DNA of 64,000 nucleotides from the human T2T-CHM13v2.0 reference genome, Homo sapiens, in NCBI RefSeq assembly GCF_009914755.1, contig NC_060925.1. The stretch is one strand, 5' to 3'. The notes beneath the pieces are model-generated. The model was not told the DNA's origin, did not search any database, and was given only the letters and a program-made list of their open reading frames with translations. A program made the position numbers and the translations under genes. Shown here piece after piece: positions 48,400 through 61,374 of this stretch (the first letter of the stretch is position 1; the number at the start of each line of letters is the position of its first letter).

Positions 48400-48874
48400 A
48401 AAACCAGTATTTGTAGCGGTACCATGAATGCTGAAGCATCACGAGTAATGATGTAACCAGTGTTAAGTAAATAGTATTAGGAAACTGCTGAGGCAAGAAG
48501 ACCTATATTGTTTCATTACAAATATGCCCCAAAAAGCCATGCATTGTGAGTAATAACAGTAGTGCTAGCTTTTTCTGCATGTGGGAGATATAAAATTGTC
48601 TTCAGAAACTATGCATTTGACAACAAAGAATATGAAAAGATGGCTCCGGATACTTCACATGCACTCATTGAACAATAAACAAATACCTAAGTATCTTCTC
48701 TACACATTATTCTACATCTTCATCTAAATTCATGGACCTCACATGAGGTCTATAAATATAGACACATGAGGTCTATAAATTTTGTAATACAATTTTTAAT
48801 CAAACTGTTTATATAGACATAGGCATCACAAAAAATCTTTGCCTGGAGCCCTGCACGCCTTAGGGGTGGCCTTG
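48400..48874 (-). mobile_element. possible old hAT-Tip100-class DNA transposon end
   Basis: Minus-strand terminus 'caaggccacccctaaggcgtgcagggctccaggcaaag' resembles Zaphod/MER115-type ends; left boundary uncertain. Confidence 0.4.
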
Positions 48875-49714
48875 GTGAGATCAGTGTAAAACATGTCTAG
48901 CTAGTGACTTAACTATGGAATCTTGTCACCAGAGACAGGATAAAGGAAAATATCTGAGGACTGCTTGGTACATTGTCGTTCCTCCCTTACAACTGAAGGG
49001 TCACTACAAGTCGCACCTATGCACCTACAGGTATATCATAATCAGCCATTAAAAATAAAGTTTCAAGGCAATCTTTCACAATTTGTACACATTCTCACAA
49101 TATAATATTACAAGTGAGCGGCAGAATTTTATATATATTCTAAAATTCTACTATGTAAATGGAAAATGCATAGAAAAAAAGACAAAGGAAATAGGATACG
49201 ATATTGACTTGTCTTTAAGAGGAGAAATCTGAGGGGATTTTGCTGTTTCATGTGTACTTTTCACTACTTTCAAAATTTGCTACAATAAAATGTACTATTT
49301 TCACTTTTATTTTTCAGTTCACTGAATTTCTTTCAACATGCCTCTCTCACTACTCTGCACATGATGTTTCCTTTTGCCTATATACTCATTCTCCCCAACT
49401 ACTTACTTTCATTTGGCTAAATCCTATTTATCTTTGAGATTCCATCAGCAACATCACTTCCTCCAGGCACCCTTCTCGGATCCCTCAAAGCTGCATTAAG
49501 TGTTCTTCCAATGAGCTTCCACGTTATCCTATAGATTCTTATCACTCTACATGTAACTGAAAGTTTGTTTGCCTCTTTCCTATCAGTTCTACACTCCAGT
49601 GATGTCCATTACTGTGCTTGGCAAATAATGAATACTGAGAAATATTTCTGAAATTAATAGATTAATGAAAATTAAAATACAATTTAAAACTCTCTTTAAA
49701 AATATATACATATA

Positions 49715-50064
<350 letters not shown>

Positions 50065-50136
50065 CTAGGAGATTCAGGGAAGTTTTTGTCACCATTATTT
50101 GTTTAAGTTTTCCAATGATAGTTTAAAAAATTTGTT

Positions 50137-50243
50137 AAGCATGATGATTAACTTTTCACAATAATGCAATAATGTGTGAGCTATGCCTCTCTCAAACCTT
50201 ATTATGATGTTGGCCCATTACCCATCTGATGTGAAGAAAAAAA
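50137..50243 (+). pseudogene. U13 (SNORD13) snoRNA retropseudogene, 5'-truncated
   Basis: 'agcatgatgatt...tgtgtgagctatgcc...aaccttattatgatgttggcccattacccatctga' aligns to U13 (…GAACCTTGTTACGACGTGGGCACATTACCCGTCTGA). Box C ATGATGA at 50141-47, box D CTGA at 50226-29, A tail, degenerate TSD aaaaaa..tgt.a. Confidence 0.85.
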
Positions 50244-50333
50244 CTGTCATTGCGTGCTTCAGTAAATAAAAAGAGAATTTGTGGAATTGTTGACAGTTAC
50301 AAAAAAAAAAAAAAACCTGGTAATTCTTTGGGG

Positions 50334-50627
50334 CAGTGTTGAGCAAATAAGTTCCTAAGAACACTAATTCCATAAGATATTCTGGCGAAAAAAGACAGAG
50401 AGAGGGTCTATAATCAAATAACTTCAGGAAATACTGTATGCACTGGTCCCCTCTGAAGAATTACAACGTGTAGTAGCATATTTCAGTGTTGTAAAAAGTC
50501 CTGCTGTAAAGAATATGGTTAATTTATTTTTAATCCAGTACTTCTCAAACGTATTTAAATATGAATCCTTCCCCCTTTATGTAATACCTATTAACATCTA
50601 TTTCCCAGAACATTTTTGGAAATGCTG
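50334..50627 (-). mobile_element. MER103C-like hAT-Charlie element
   Basis: CAGTGTT...AATGCTG termini; minus strand 'gatgttaataggtattacat...ttctttacagcaggactt'. Confidence 0.7.
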
Positions 50628-52934
50628 GGTTTCAGAGATAAAGGCTTCCAGAGGAAGGAATTTTCTGGCTCACAGTGAAGGCAACAAATAGGAAAAATAC
50701 TGGAAAGAGAGACAATAAGACTTAAAAAAAAAAACATAAAATGTAACATTTATTGACCACTTGCTATACAGCATATAGTATGTCAAGTATCTTACATATA
50801 CTAGCTTAAGTTTTATAATAAATTTAAAAAGTAGAAACTATCATTCCCACTTAATGAAAAGTAAATTAAAATTCAAAGGGATTAAGTATGCTGTAGACAG
50901 CACCATGTCTGTCTGGGTTACTTCACACACTTCCTCTAACCACTATGCTATGAGCACTGAGCCACACAAACCCTCCTTTCCCTGGTGGAATAGGTGACTG
51001 AATGGAAGCACTCCCTTCCTGTATTTATTTTCCCTTCTCTTCCCTTCTTTTCTCCCTTTCCTTCCTTCTTCAAACATCCTGAGTGTTCACTCTGTCAGTC
51101 ACGTGTGGAACCTGTGGTTTCAGAGATGAATAAGAAATGATCCCTATTCTAAAAAAGCATCCAGTCTCGCCCACCAAGTTAGTAATCTTCCAAGCCCTGG
51201 GATAGACAAACAGGTGGATAAGAGGAAAGATGACCCTGTGAGTTGCATCAAAAGCATCTGAAAGGCTGCTGAGGTAAAGATGACAACCCCACCTAGGGAT
51301 TCTTCCCATACATTTCTGGGGCTGGAGCCTTAGAAGAGGTATTTAGCAGATGGGGTGAAAATGTTCATGCACAAATCACCAAATTAATGCAGTTTTCATT
51401 AACTAGATTTATTAGTGAACTTGGGGCAAGCATACCTGTCCCCTATTTCAAATATTCTCTGGAGTTCTGGGAGATGAACAATATGCCAATCTGGCCATAT
51501 GCCAAGAAGCTACCTGGGAAAACAAGTGTATTAATAAAATTTCACCCACACAGGGTTTAAAAAATAAATATAATTCTGGGCAGAAATAAATACGGTCTTT
51601 ACTTTTAAACTAATATATTAGTTTAAGGTAAAGGGAGCTTTTATCTTCCGAGATCATACTGCCAGTCACACTGCTCTGAGTGTCTGCCTCACAATCAGAA
51701 TGGAGAGGTCCATTGACAGGAATGTTTTAAGAAGGAAACATGGAAGGGGAGAGGTGGGAAGGAAGGGAGGGAGGAGACTTGGATGAGACAATAGAGTCAT
51801 AGGAGATTAAGGGACGTTTGGGGCTTTGATACCACCTGGATTCTCCACTACAAGGTTTAGGTTTAGAAAGATATCCACCACTTCCTCACAGATGCCTCAT
51901 GATGCCCTAATCTCAAAAAGAATTTTGGACTGACATAGGGAGGCATTTTTGATCTCCCATGTGGATAAGGAGTTTCAGGCCTGCCATTCTTCTTGCTGAA
52001 GACTGTCACTGAGGGGAGGAGAGGTGAAGGTAAGGTTCTGCTTGAAATTCAACTAGTGCTGCATAAAGAATGATACACATGAAAAATTGATCATGACACG
52101 GCACTCAGGCAAATATTATTAATAATACAATATTTAAACACACAATATATCCCTCTTAATGATGAAAAGAAATCCAAGGTCAAAGCAAATAAAAGTCATT
52201 CCAATGTTAACAAAAGGAAAAGAGAGAATTTCTCTATGCACATCACTCCACAATAGCTTCCTTTATACCACCATCTAATAGAGTAAGTAGCCCTTCCATC
52301 AATCAAGAGAGGTAGCAAAACCCTTCTCAACAGGAATATTTCAAACCACTAGGCAGTTCTAGAAAAGTACAGAATTCAGGAGTTTTAGCCCTTCTTTTCT
52401 CATCTTCTCTAATGTAAAATGAAGGTAATAATACCTAAACTCTTTCTGGGCCTTGTTTTCCCATCTGCAAAATGAGGAGGCCACTAGATAATCTCCAAGT
52501 TAACAAATTGCAATTTTGAATATTTATAATTATGTAGATACATTTGGAAGCTTCTGATAGAGTTGGATACAAGCTCAGTTCCTTCACATACTTGGAGTAG
52601 GACCTTGGTCAAGTTACTTAACCCCTCTAAACCCCAGATTCATAAATGATAAAATGAGACAATAACATTCCTACCTCAGAGATTTATTTTGAGTACTAGG
52701 TAATTCAAGATAATACTGCTAGCGAGAGAAGACATAAAAATCAAGCCCAGGTCTGTTTAACTTCAAAGACTATGCTCTTTCCACTACAATAGTGGAGAAT
52801 ACCAACAAGAAAAAATGTCTACAAAGCCAAGCAGAGTGCAGCAGAAGCACAGGCTTTCTGCTGTAGAATGCCAGAGGCAAGAACAATTAACGTTGTCTAT
52901 GGGTGAAGGCAGCAAGTTGTTACATCAGGAAAAG

Positions 52935-53135
52935 AGCTCTGGAGTCAGAGGCCAGTGATTCAAAACATTTAACCTTTCTTGGTCTCAGTGTCTTCTCCTG
53001 GAAAACAGGGAAAGTAACAGTACCTGCTTTACAGAGTCATTAAGAGGAAAGATGTAAAGGTTATGTATATAAGCATTCAGCACAGTACTCAGGACATAAT
53101 AAAATGCAATAAATAATAGCTATTGCTATTATTAT
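52935..53135 (+). mobile_element. MIR
   Basis: 'gctctggagtcagag...tctcagtgtcttctcctggaaaacaggg...agcacagtactcaggacataataaaatgcaataaat'. Confidence 0.75.
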
Positions 53136-54074
53136 AGTAGGTTCTTTAAATTACATGAAATTAAATAATATTATTATAAGTGATCAAAACTTCTAGACTG
53201 ACCTCAACACTGCACAAAATACTGGTAACCCTAAGAGAATCGTTAAGTCTAGAATAGCATTGTCTATTGGCTTTCCAACTTCTGTATCACAAAAGAAAAA
53301 GTCTAGAAAACACAAACTGTGGCCTTCAACCAGGCTTTATTCTCAGAGGTATTATTTACATTTCAGATTTATTATTGTCTCCCATGGTGCTGACATGAAA
53401 TAACCTTCCATTCTCTTCCATGTTAAAAGAGTACAGTGTTTCTTGGCTCCATAAATAATTCAGGGCTATATTAATATTTTAAGAAGAATAAGCAATATAT
53501 TTGAATCCTAGAAAAACCATGAGGATTGAAATTAGTTATTTGTAGCTGAAAACTTAATTGCTCCAACATATTGATTGTTTTTTCTTCCAGGTTTTATTGC
53601 CCACACAATGAAGAGTGCCTACTCTCATTCTAAATGCTGCATACTTAATTATATCTGTTAGATTTTATTTTTATGAAAACTCAAAAGCATCCAACCATGA
53701 ACTTAAATGCTTTTGCCCATCTGATGCTAAACATAGAACCATTTACCATTCTTTAAAACAGTGCACTCTTCTTCACAGATATTTTTCTTAGGATGACAGA
53801 TGCTACTTTTCAAAAATATAGGTTTTAGAGTTAGCACTTATAACCTTGCTAATGAAAGAGAAGAAAACTATGATGCAAATATGTGTATGCATGATCTTAT
53901 TTAACCCTTAAAATAACCTCCAATGTAGATAATATCTTACCTTTTTACAGATTAAGGAATTGAGGTTCAAAGACATCAGTAACTTGTTCAAGGTCACAGA
54001 GCCAAAATGTGCATCCAACCCTAAAACCCAAGCTCTTTCCTCTAAACCAGGGTGCCTCATAGTACTAATAATGA

Positions 54075-54310
54075 CAGTAATAGGTAAGATATATTGAGCA
54101 TTTACTATGTGCCAGGCACTGTTTTAAGATGTTTACTTGCATTAACTCATTTAATTATCACAACAATCCTTTGAGATAGGGGCTATTTTTATCTCATTCC
54201 ACAGTTCAGGAAAATAAAGATTAGATAGTTCAAGTGCCTCTTCCAAGTTTCTTTGATATTAAGTGATGGGCCAGAATTTCAAGTCATATAGCCTGGTTCT
54301 AGGGTTTATT
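54075..54310 (-). mobile_element. MIR
   Basis: 'tattgagcatttactatgtgccaggcactgttttaag...attaactcatttaattatcacaacaatcct'. Confidence 0.85.
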
Positions 54311-55075
54311 TATCCTATAGACACTATAGTCCTAGATAGCAAAATCTAAAAAATAGAGAAGTGGGCTTCCATCAGTAGGTGAGTAAAGTAAGATGTCAGG
54401 GGGCATCTTCTCAGTTCCACATGGGACAATAAACAGATATCTAATAACAATAAGGTGGCCATGACAGGAAACTCACAGATGATAAGATAACAGTGTTAAC
54501 AACACCTATTCCTGAATGTGGTCTTGGATCTTTATAGCAAACATGATCTTCCTGGCTGATCTACCAAAGTTGGCCTGCCCAGTAAATGGTAGTCTACCAG
54601 GGACCTCTGTACTACATGTGGTTGTACCCTAATGTTTCTTAAATTGTATCTAGACAGGGTATTGCCTCTATTATCTATGATGACAGAGTTCCAGGAAGAG
54701 GAAGACAGGTAGAATTAGCTCAAGAGTGAAGAATCTAGATCATCAGACGTTTATTGAATACCAACTAAGTGTCAGGCCCTATGCTGAATCTCTGACTCTT
54801 GTTTGCTACCACTGCAGCTACAATAATCTAATATCAATCTTTTGACTTCAACCTGGTCATGCACTTCTAGACCACACATTTCCTTTAACTCAACACATCA
54901 CGGTAACAGCTCCCTATCTTACATTTGCATTCATCCTGATGTTAATCATCCCTAGAGTAGACAATAGATGGGAAATTCACAATCCCCGATGCTAACACAA
55001 GAGATGAGTCAAAGCTCTGAGAAAGAGCTATTGAATGTAAATGTCCATTTTCCTTGGACTTGAGTAATAAAATAG

Positions 55076-55595
55076 TGCATTGGCTATATATTGTTGTATA
55101 CAACTTACTCCAAAATCTCTAGTGGCTTAAGACAGCAAACATTTATTATCTCTCACAGTGTCTGAGAATGAGGAATCTGGGAGTAAATTAGCTAGATTGT
55201 TCTAGCTCAAGGCCTCTCATGAGGTTTTCATCAAGCTGTAGCGCTATAGACATCTGAAAACTTTACTGGAGCTAGAGGAACTGCTTCCAAGCTCATTGGC
55301 ATGGCTTGGAAGGCTTCAGTTCCTCATTACATAGGCCTTTCCATAGAACCTCTTGTGACATGGAAGCTGGCTTTACCCAGAGAGGAAAAAAGAGAGTGAG
55401 TGCAACCAAGATAGAACCCATCATATCTTTTATAAACTTATTTCAGAGTAATATAACCTTATCGATTAATATAACCTTATCATCACTAATGCCAGATTTT
55501 ATTTATCACACATGCTAACTATGGTACAGTGTGAGTGGAGACTCACAAGAGTTTAGGGTGAAGATCACTGGGAGCCATCTTGAAGGGTAGCTATG
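55076..55595 (-). mobile_element. MLT1F-like MaLR LTR
   Basis: 'tagtggcttaagacagcaaacatttattatctctcacagtgtctg...gatcactgggagccatcttgaagg'. Confidence 0.75.
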
Positions 55596-55802
55596 AATAC
55601 CATAAATAGCAAAGAACACAATCTTTAGAGCCAACTGAAAGGTATTACTTAACATTCAGGCAAACATACTTTGGAACAAAGAAACAACTAAAATAATTTG
55701 ATTTAATTTAGATTAATTGGTTGCTGAATGAATTTAGTTCAAGTGGGGGTTAACTATATTTATGATTTTCATTCTTTTAATGAGAAAAAGTTTGGCAGAT
55801 AC

Positions 55803-58800
55803 TTTTTTCATTTTTATTTTTTTTTATTATACTTTAAGTTCTAGGGTATATGTGCAGAACGTGCAGGTTTGTTGCACAGGTATACACGTGCCATGGTGGT
55901 TTGCTGCAACCTTCAACCCATCATCTACATTAGGTATTTCTCCTAATGCTATCCCTCCCCTTGTCCCCCACCCCCCAGAAGGCCCCAGTGTGTGATGTTC
56001 CCCTCCCCGTGTCCATGTTCTCATTGTTCAACTCCCACTTATGAGTGAGAACATGAGGTGTTTGGTTTTCTCTTCTTGTCTTAGATTGCTGAGAATGATG
56101 GTTTCCAGCTTCATCCATGTCCCTGCAAAGGACATGACCTCATCCTTTTTATGGCTGCATAGTATTCCATGGTGGATATGGGCCACATTTTCTTTATCCA
56201 GTCTATCATTGATGGGCATTTGGGTTGGTTCCAAGGGTTTGCTATTGTGAACAGTGCTGTAATAAACATACGAGTGCATGTGTCTTTATAGTAGAATGAT
56301 TTATAATCCATTGGGTATATACCCAGTAATGGGATTCCTGGGTCAAATGGTTTTCTGGGCCTAGATCCTTGAGAAATTGCCACACTGTCCTCCACAATGG
56401 TTGAACTAATTTAAATTCCCACCAACAGTGTAAAAGCATTCCTATTTCTCCACATCCTCTCCAACATCTGTTGTTTCCTGTCTTTTAATGATTGCCATTC
56501 TAACTGGCATGAGATGGTATCTCATTGTGGTTTTGATTTGCATTTCTCTAATGACCAGTGATGATGAGCTTTTTTTCATATATTTCTTAGCTGCACGTAT
56601 ATGTTCTTTTGAGAAGTGTCTGTTCATATCCTTTGCCTACTTTTTGATGGGATTGTTTATTTTTTTCTTGTAAATTTGTTTAAGTTCTTTGTAGATTCTG
56701 GATATTAGCCCTTTGTCAGATGGATAGATTGCAAAAATTTTCTCCCGTTCTGTAGGTTGCCTGTTCACTCTAATGATAGTTTCTTTTGCTGTGCAGATGC
56801 TCTTAGGGAAAGGATTCCCTATTTAATAAATGTTGGGAAAACTAGCTAGCCATATGCAGAAAGCTGAAACTGAACCCCTTCCTTACACCTTATACAAAAA
56901 TTAACTCAAGATGGATTAAAGACTTAAATGTAAGACCTAAAACCATAAAAACCCTAGAAGAAAACCTAGGCAATACCATTCAGGACATAGACATGGGCAA
57001 AGACTTCATGACAAAAACACCAAAAGCAATGGCAACAAAAGCCACAATTGACAAATGGGATCTAATTAAACTAAAGAGCTTCTGCACAGCAAAAAAAACT
57101 ATCATTGAGTGAGTTTCTTAATCCTGAGTTCTAATTTGATTGCACTGTGGTCTGAGAGACTGTTTCTTATGATTTCTGTTCTTTTGCATTTGCTGAGGAG
57201 TGTTTTACTTCCAATTATGTGGTTAATTTTAGAATAAGTGCCATGTAGTGCTGAGAAGAATGTATATTCTGTTGATGTGGGGTGGAGAGCTCTGTAGATG
57301 TCTATTATTTTTGCCTGGTCAAGAGCTGAGTTCAAGTCCTGAATATCCTTGTTAATTTTCTGTCTTGTTGATCTGTCTAGTATTGACAGTGGGATGTTAA
57401 AGTCCTCCACTATTATTCTGTGGGAGTCTAAGTCTCTTTGTAGGTCTCTAAGACCTTGCTTTATGAATCTGGGTGCTCCTATATTGGCCGCATATATATT
57501 TAGGATAATTAGCTCTTCTTGTTGCAGATCCCTTTACCATTATGCAATGCCCTTCTTTGTCTCTTTTGGTCTTTGTTGGTTTAAAGTCTGTTTTATCAGA
57601 CTAGGATTGCAACTCCTGCTTTTTTTTGCTTTCCACTTGCTTGGTAAATCTTCCTCCATCCCTTTATTTTGAGCCTATGTATGTCTTTGCATACGAGATG
57701 GGTCTCCTGAATACAGCACACCGATGGGTCTTGTCTCTTTATCCAATTTGCCAGTCTGTGTCTTTTAATTGGGGCATTTAGCCCATTTCCATTTAAGTTA
57801 ATATTGTTATGTGTGAATTTGATCCTGTCATTATGATGCTAGCTGGTTATTTTGCCCATTAGTTGATTCTGTTCCTTCATAGCACCGATGGTCTTTACAG
57901 TTTGGTCTGTTTTTGCACTGGCTGGTACTAGTTTTTCCTTTCCATATTTAGTGCTTCCTTCAGGAGCTCTTGTAAGGCAGGCCTGCTGGTGACAAAATCT
58001 CTCAGCATTTGCTTGTCTGTAAAGGATTTTATTTCTCCTTCATTTATGAAGCTTAGTTTGGCTGGATATGAAATTCTGGGTTGAAAATTCTTTTCTTTAA
58101 GAATGCTGAATATTGGCCCGCACTCTCTTCTGGCTTGTAGGATTTCTGCAGAGAGATCTGCTGTTAGTTTGTTGGGCTTCCCTTTGTGGGTAACCCGACC
58201 TTTCTCTCTGGCTGCCCTTAACATTGTTTCCTTCATTTCAACCTTGGTGAATCTGACGATTGTGTCTTGGGGTTGCTCTTCTCGAGGAATATCTTTGTGG
58301 TGTTCTCTGTATTTCCTGAATTTGAATGTTGGCCTGTCTTGCTAGGTTGGGGAAGTTCTCCTGGATAATATCCTGAAGTGCATTTTCCAACTTGATTCCA
58401 TTCTCCCCCCGTCACTTTCAGGTACACCAATCAAACATAGATTTGGTCTTTTCACATATCCCATATTTCTTGATGGTTTTGTTCATTCCTTTTCATTCTT
58501 TATTCTCTAATCTTGTCTTCATGCTTTATTTCATTAAGCTGATCTTCAATCTCTGATATCCTTTCTTGTGCTTGATTGATTTGGCTATTGATACTTGTGT
58601 ATGCTTCAGGAAGTTATCATGCTGTGTTTTTCAGCTCCAGGAGGTAATTTATGTTCTTCTCTAAACTGGTTATTCTAGTTTGCAATTTGTCTAACCTCTT
58701 TTCAAGCTTCTTAGCTTCCTTGCATTGGGTTAGAATGTGCTCCTTAAGCTTGGAAGAGTTTGTTATTACACACCTTCAAAGTGTACTTCTGTCAATTTGT

Positions 58801-60245
58801 CAAACACATTCTCCATCCAGTTTTGTTCCCTTGCTGGTGAGGAGTTGTGATACTTTGGAGGAGAAGAGATGTTCTGGTTTTTGGAATTTTCAGCCTTTTT
58901 TGCACTGTTTTCTCCCCTTCTTCACGGATTTATCTACCTGGATCTTTGATGTTGGTGACATTTGGATGGGGTCGATTGGACGTCCTTTTTGTTGATGTTG
59001 ATGCTATTCCTTTCTGTTTGTTAGTTTTCCTTCTAACAGTCAGGCCCCTCTGCTGCAGGTCTGCTGGAGTTTGCTGGAGGTCCACTCCAGACCCTATTTG
59101 CCTGGATATAATCAGCAGAGGCTGCAGAACAGCAAATATTGCTGCCTGATCCTTCCTCAAGGGGCACCCACCAGATGCCAGCTGGAGCTCTCCTGTATGA
59201 GGTGTCTGGGTCGGTCCCTACTGGGAGGTGTCTCCCAGTCAGGAGACATGGGGGTCAGGGACCCACTTGAGGAGGCAGTCTGACCCTTAGCAGAGTTCGA
59301 ACACTGTGCTGGGAGATCCACTGCTCTCTTTAGAGCCATCAGGCAGGGACGTTCAAATCTGCTGAAGCTGTGCCCACAGCCGCCCCTTCCCCCAGGTGCT
59401 CTTTCCCAGGGAGATAGGGGTTTTATCTATAAGCCCCTGACTGGGGCTTCTGCCTCTTTTTCAGAGATGTCCTGCCCAGAGAGGAGGAATCCAGAGAGGC
59501 AGTCTGGCCACAGCGGCCTTGCTGACCTGTGGTGGGCTCCAACCAATTCGAACTTCCAGGTGGCTTTATTTACACTGCAAGGGTAAAACGGCTTACTCAA
59601 GCCTCAGCAATGGCCAGTGCCCCTCCCCCCACCAAACTTGAGCATCCCAGGTCAACCTCAGACTGCTGTGGTGGCAGTGAGAATTTTAAGCCAGTGGCTT
59701 TTAGCTTTCTGGGCTCCCTCGGGGTGGGAGTCGCCAAGCTAGACCACTTGGCTCCCTGGCTTCAGCCCCCTTTCCAGGGGAGTGAACAGTTCTGTCTCGC
59801 TGGCATTTCAGGTGCCAGTAGGGTATGAAAAAAAAAACTCCTGTAGCTAGTTTGATGTTTGCCTAAATGGCCACCCAGTTTTGTCCTTGAAACCAGGGCG
59901 CCTACTCTGTAGGCACTGGAGGGAATCTCCTGGTCTGCCAGTTGCAAAGGCCATAGGAAAAGCACAGTATCTGGAGCCGAGTACATGGTTCCTCACAGCA
60001 CAGTCCCTCACAGCTTCCCTTGGTTAGGAGAGGGAGTTCCCTGACCCCTTGCACTTCCTGGGTGAGGTGATGCCCCGCCCTGCTTTGGGTCACCCTCCAT
60101 GGACTGCAACCACTGTCCAACCAGTCCCAATGAGATGAACTGGTTACCTCAGTTGGATGCAGAAATCACCCACCTTCTGCATCAATCTCACTGGGAGCTG
60201 CAGACCAGAGCTCTTCCTATTCAGCCATCTTGCCAGCAATCTCCC
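55803..60245 (-). mobile_element. rearranged LINE-1 (L1PA7-like): 5'UTR-ORF1-EN, ~2 kb deletion, inverted 300-bp segment, 3' end
   Basis: Minus-strand 5'UTR 'gctggcaagatggctgaataggaa' and ORF1/EN fragments down to 57105. 56805-57105 is ORF2 sequence on the + strand. 55803-56804 is the minus-strand ORF2 end, 3'UTR and tail. Confidence 0.93.
59610..59828 (+). CDS. L1 antisense ORF0-like open frame, 72 aa (expression unknown)
   Basis: MASAPPPTKLEHPRSTSDCCGGSE starts at the position homologous to ORF0, in a strong gcaATGg context. Confidence 0.45.
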   Translation: MASAPPPTKLEHPRSTSDCCGGSENFKPVAFSFLGSLGVGVAKLDHLAPWLQPPFQGSEQFCLAGISGASRV

Positions 60246-60938
60246 AATGGCTATTTAAACACCTATTTATGATTTTCAAAGGTTCTTGAGACTTTCTTAG
60301 GTTTGGACGATTAGCACCTCAGGGCTAATAATATTTTTATTCTAGTTTCACATCTGGACACTCTCTCTATACCTAGCCCCTCCTGGCCTTTGTGATTGGC
60401 TGTTCCTTTGGTGGGTCTACTGGCTTTTTGATTCTGTAACTCACCCAAGATTCTGTCTCTCAATTTTCCCTTTTGGTTCTTCACACTGAAGTCTGTCCAC
60501 GGGGAAGCACACATACTGCAATGTTCCAACCATAGCTTCTAAGATATTACTCCCTGCTCAGAGCTTAGCAGTCCCTCTCAGGATCATGCCTCTTGGGAAG
60601 GAGCCATTTGAGAACCACTTTTTAATTGTGTGGTCTTGAGAAATTTTCAGTTTTCTTGACTTTCTGAGCCTCATTTTCCTATCTGCAAAATGAAGGTAAA
60701 ATTACTTAGCTACCCAACAAGTGCAATCTCTTACTAACTGTTTGATCTTGAGAACTTATTTAATCTCACTTTTCTTCATCTGGGCAACAGAGATAGGGGT
60801 ACCTTTCTCAGAGGGTTGTGAAGATTGTGATAATATATGTTAAGCACTTAGCATTATGGTCAGTAATTAGTCTGCAATCAATAAACACTGGCCACTATGT
60901 TAATAAATATCATAACATACTATAATAATAATAGCAAT

Positions 60939-60975
60939 TATGATGATGATGATGGTGGTGATGATGATGATGATG
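60939..60975. repeat. (GAT)n/(GGT)n trinucleotide repeat
   Basis: tgatgatgatgatggtggtgatgatgatgatgatg. Confidence 0.9.
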
Positions 60976-61374
60976 TTCTGTCTTATTTTTCTATTATGTC
61001 CCTAAAATTGACATTTACTCTGTCCAGAAATTGGCATCTCATCCCCAAACATGTGCCCTATATTTCTGGAGTTACTTTAAAAGGAACATCATATATTTGC
61101 ATGTATAAATTCCAGATCATATATGAATCACATGACATAGTCATACTCAGTAAATGTCTGATAAATGAATAAATGAACAAATGAATAAATGTGTTATATT
61201 TGCTAAGAATTAGGGTTGGTATTTACTTGTTCTTGCCTATGAGAACAAAAATAAATCCACAACTTAGTATTTATATTTTCATGGAACTGCCTTCAAGTTG
61301 ATCTTTCATGAATGCCCACACAAATCTGCCATTCCAGTCAAACCAATATAATAAGCTTATCCTTTCTACTTTGT

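Noticed and set aside
53572-53592. Strong-looking splice acceptor (ttgttttttcttccag|g)
   Set aside because: No convincing downstream donor or reading frame; such sites are frequent by chance.
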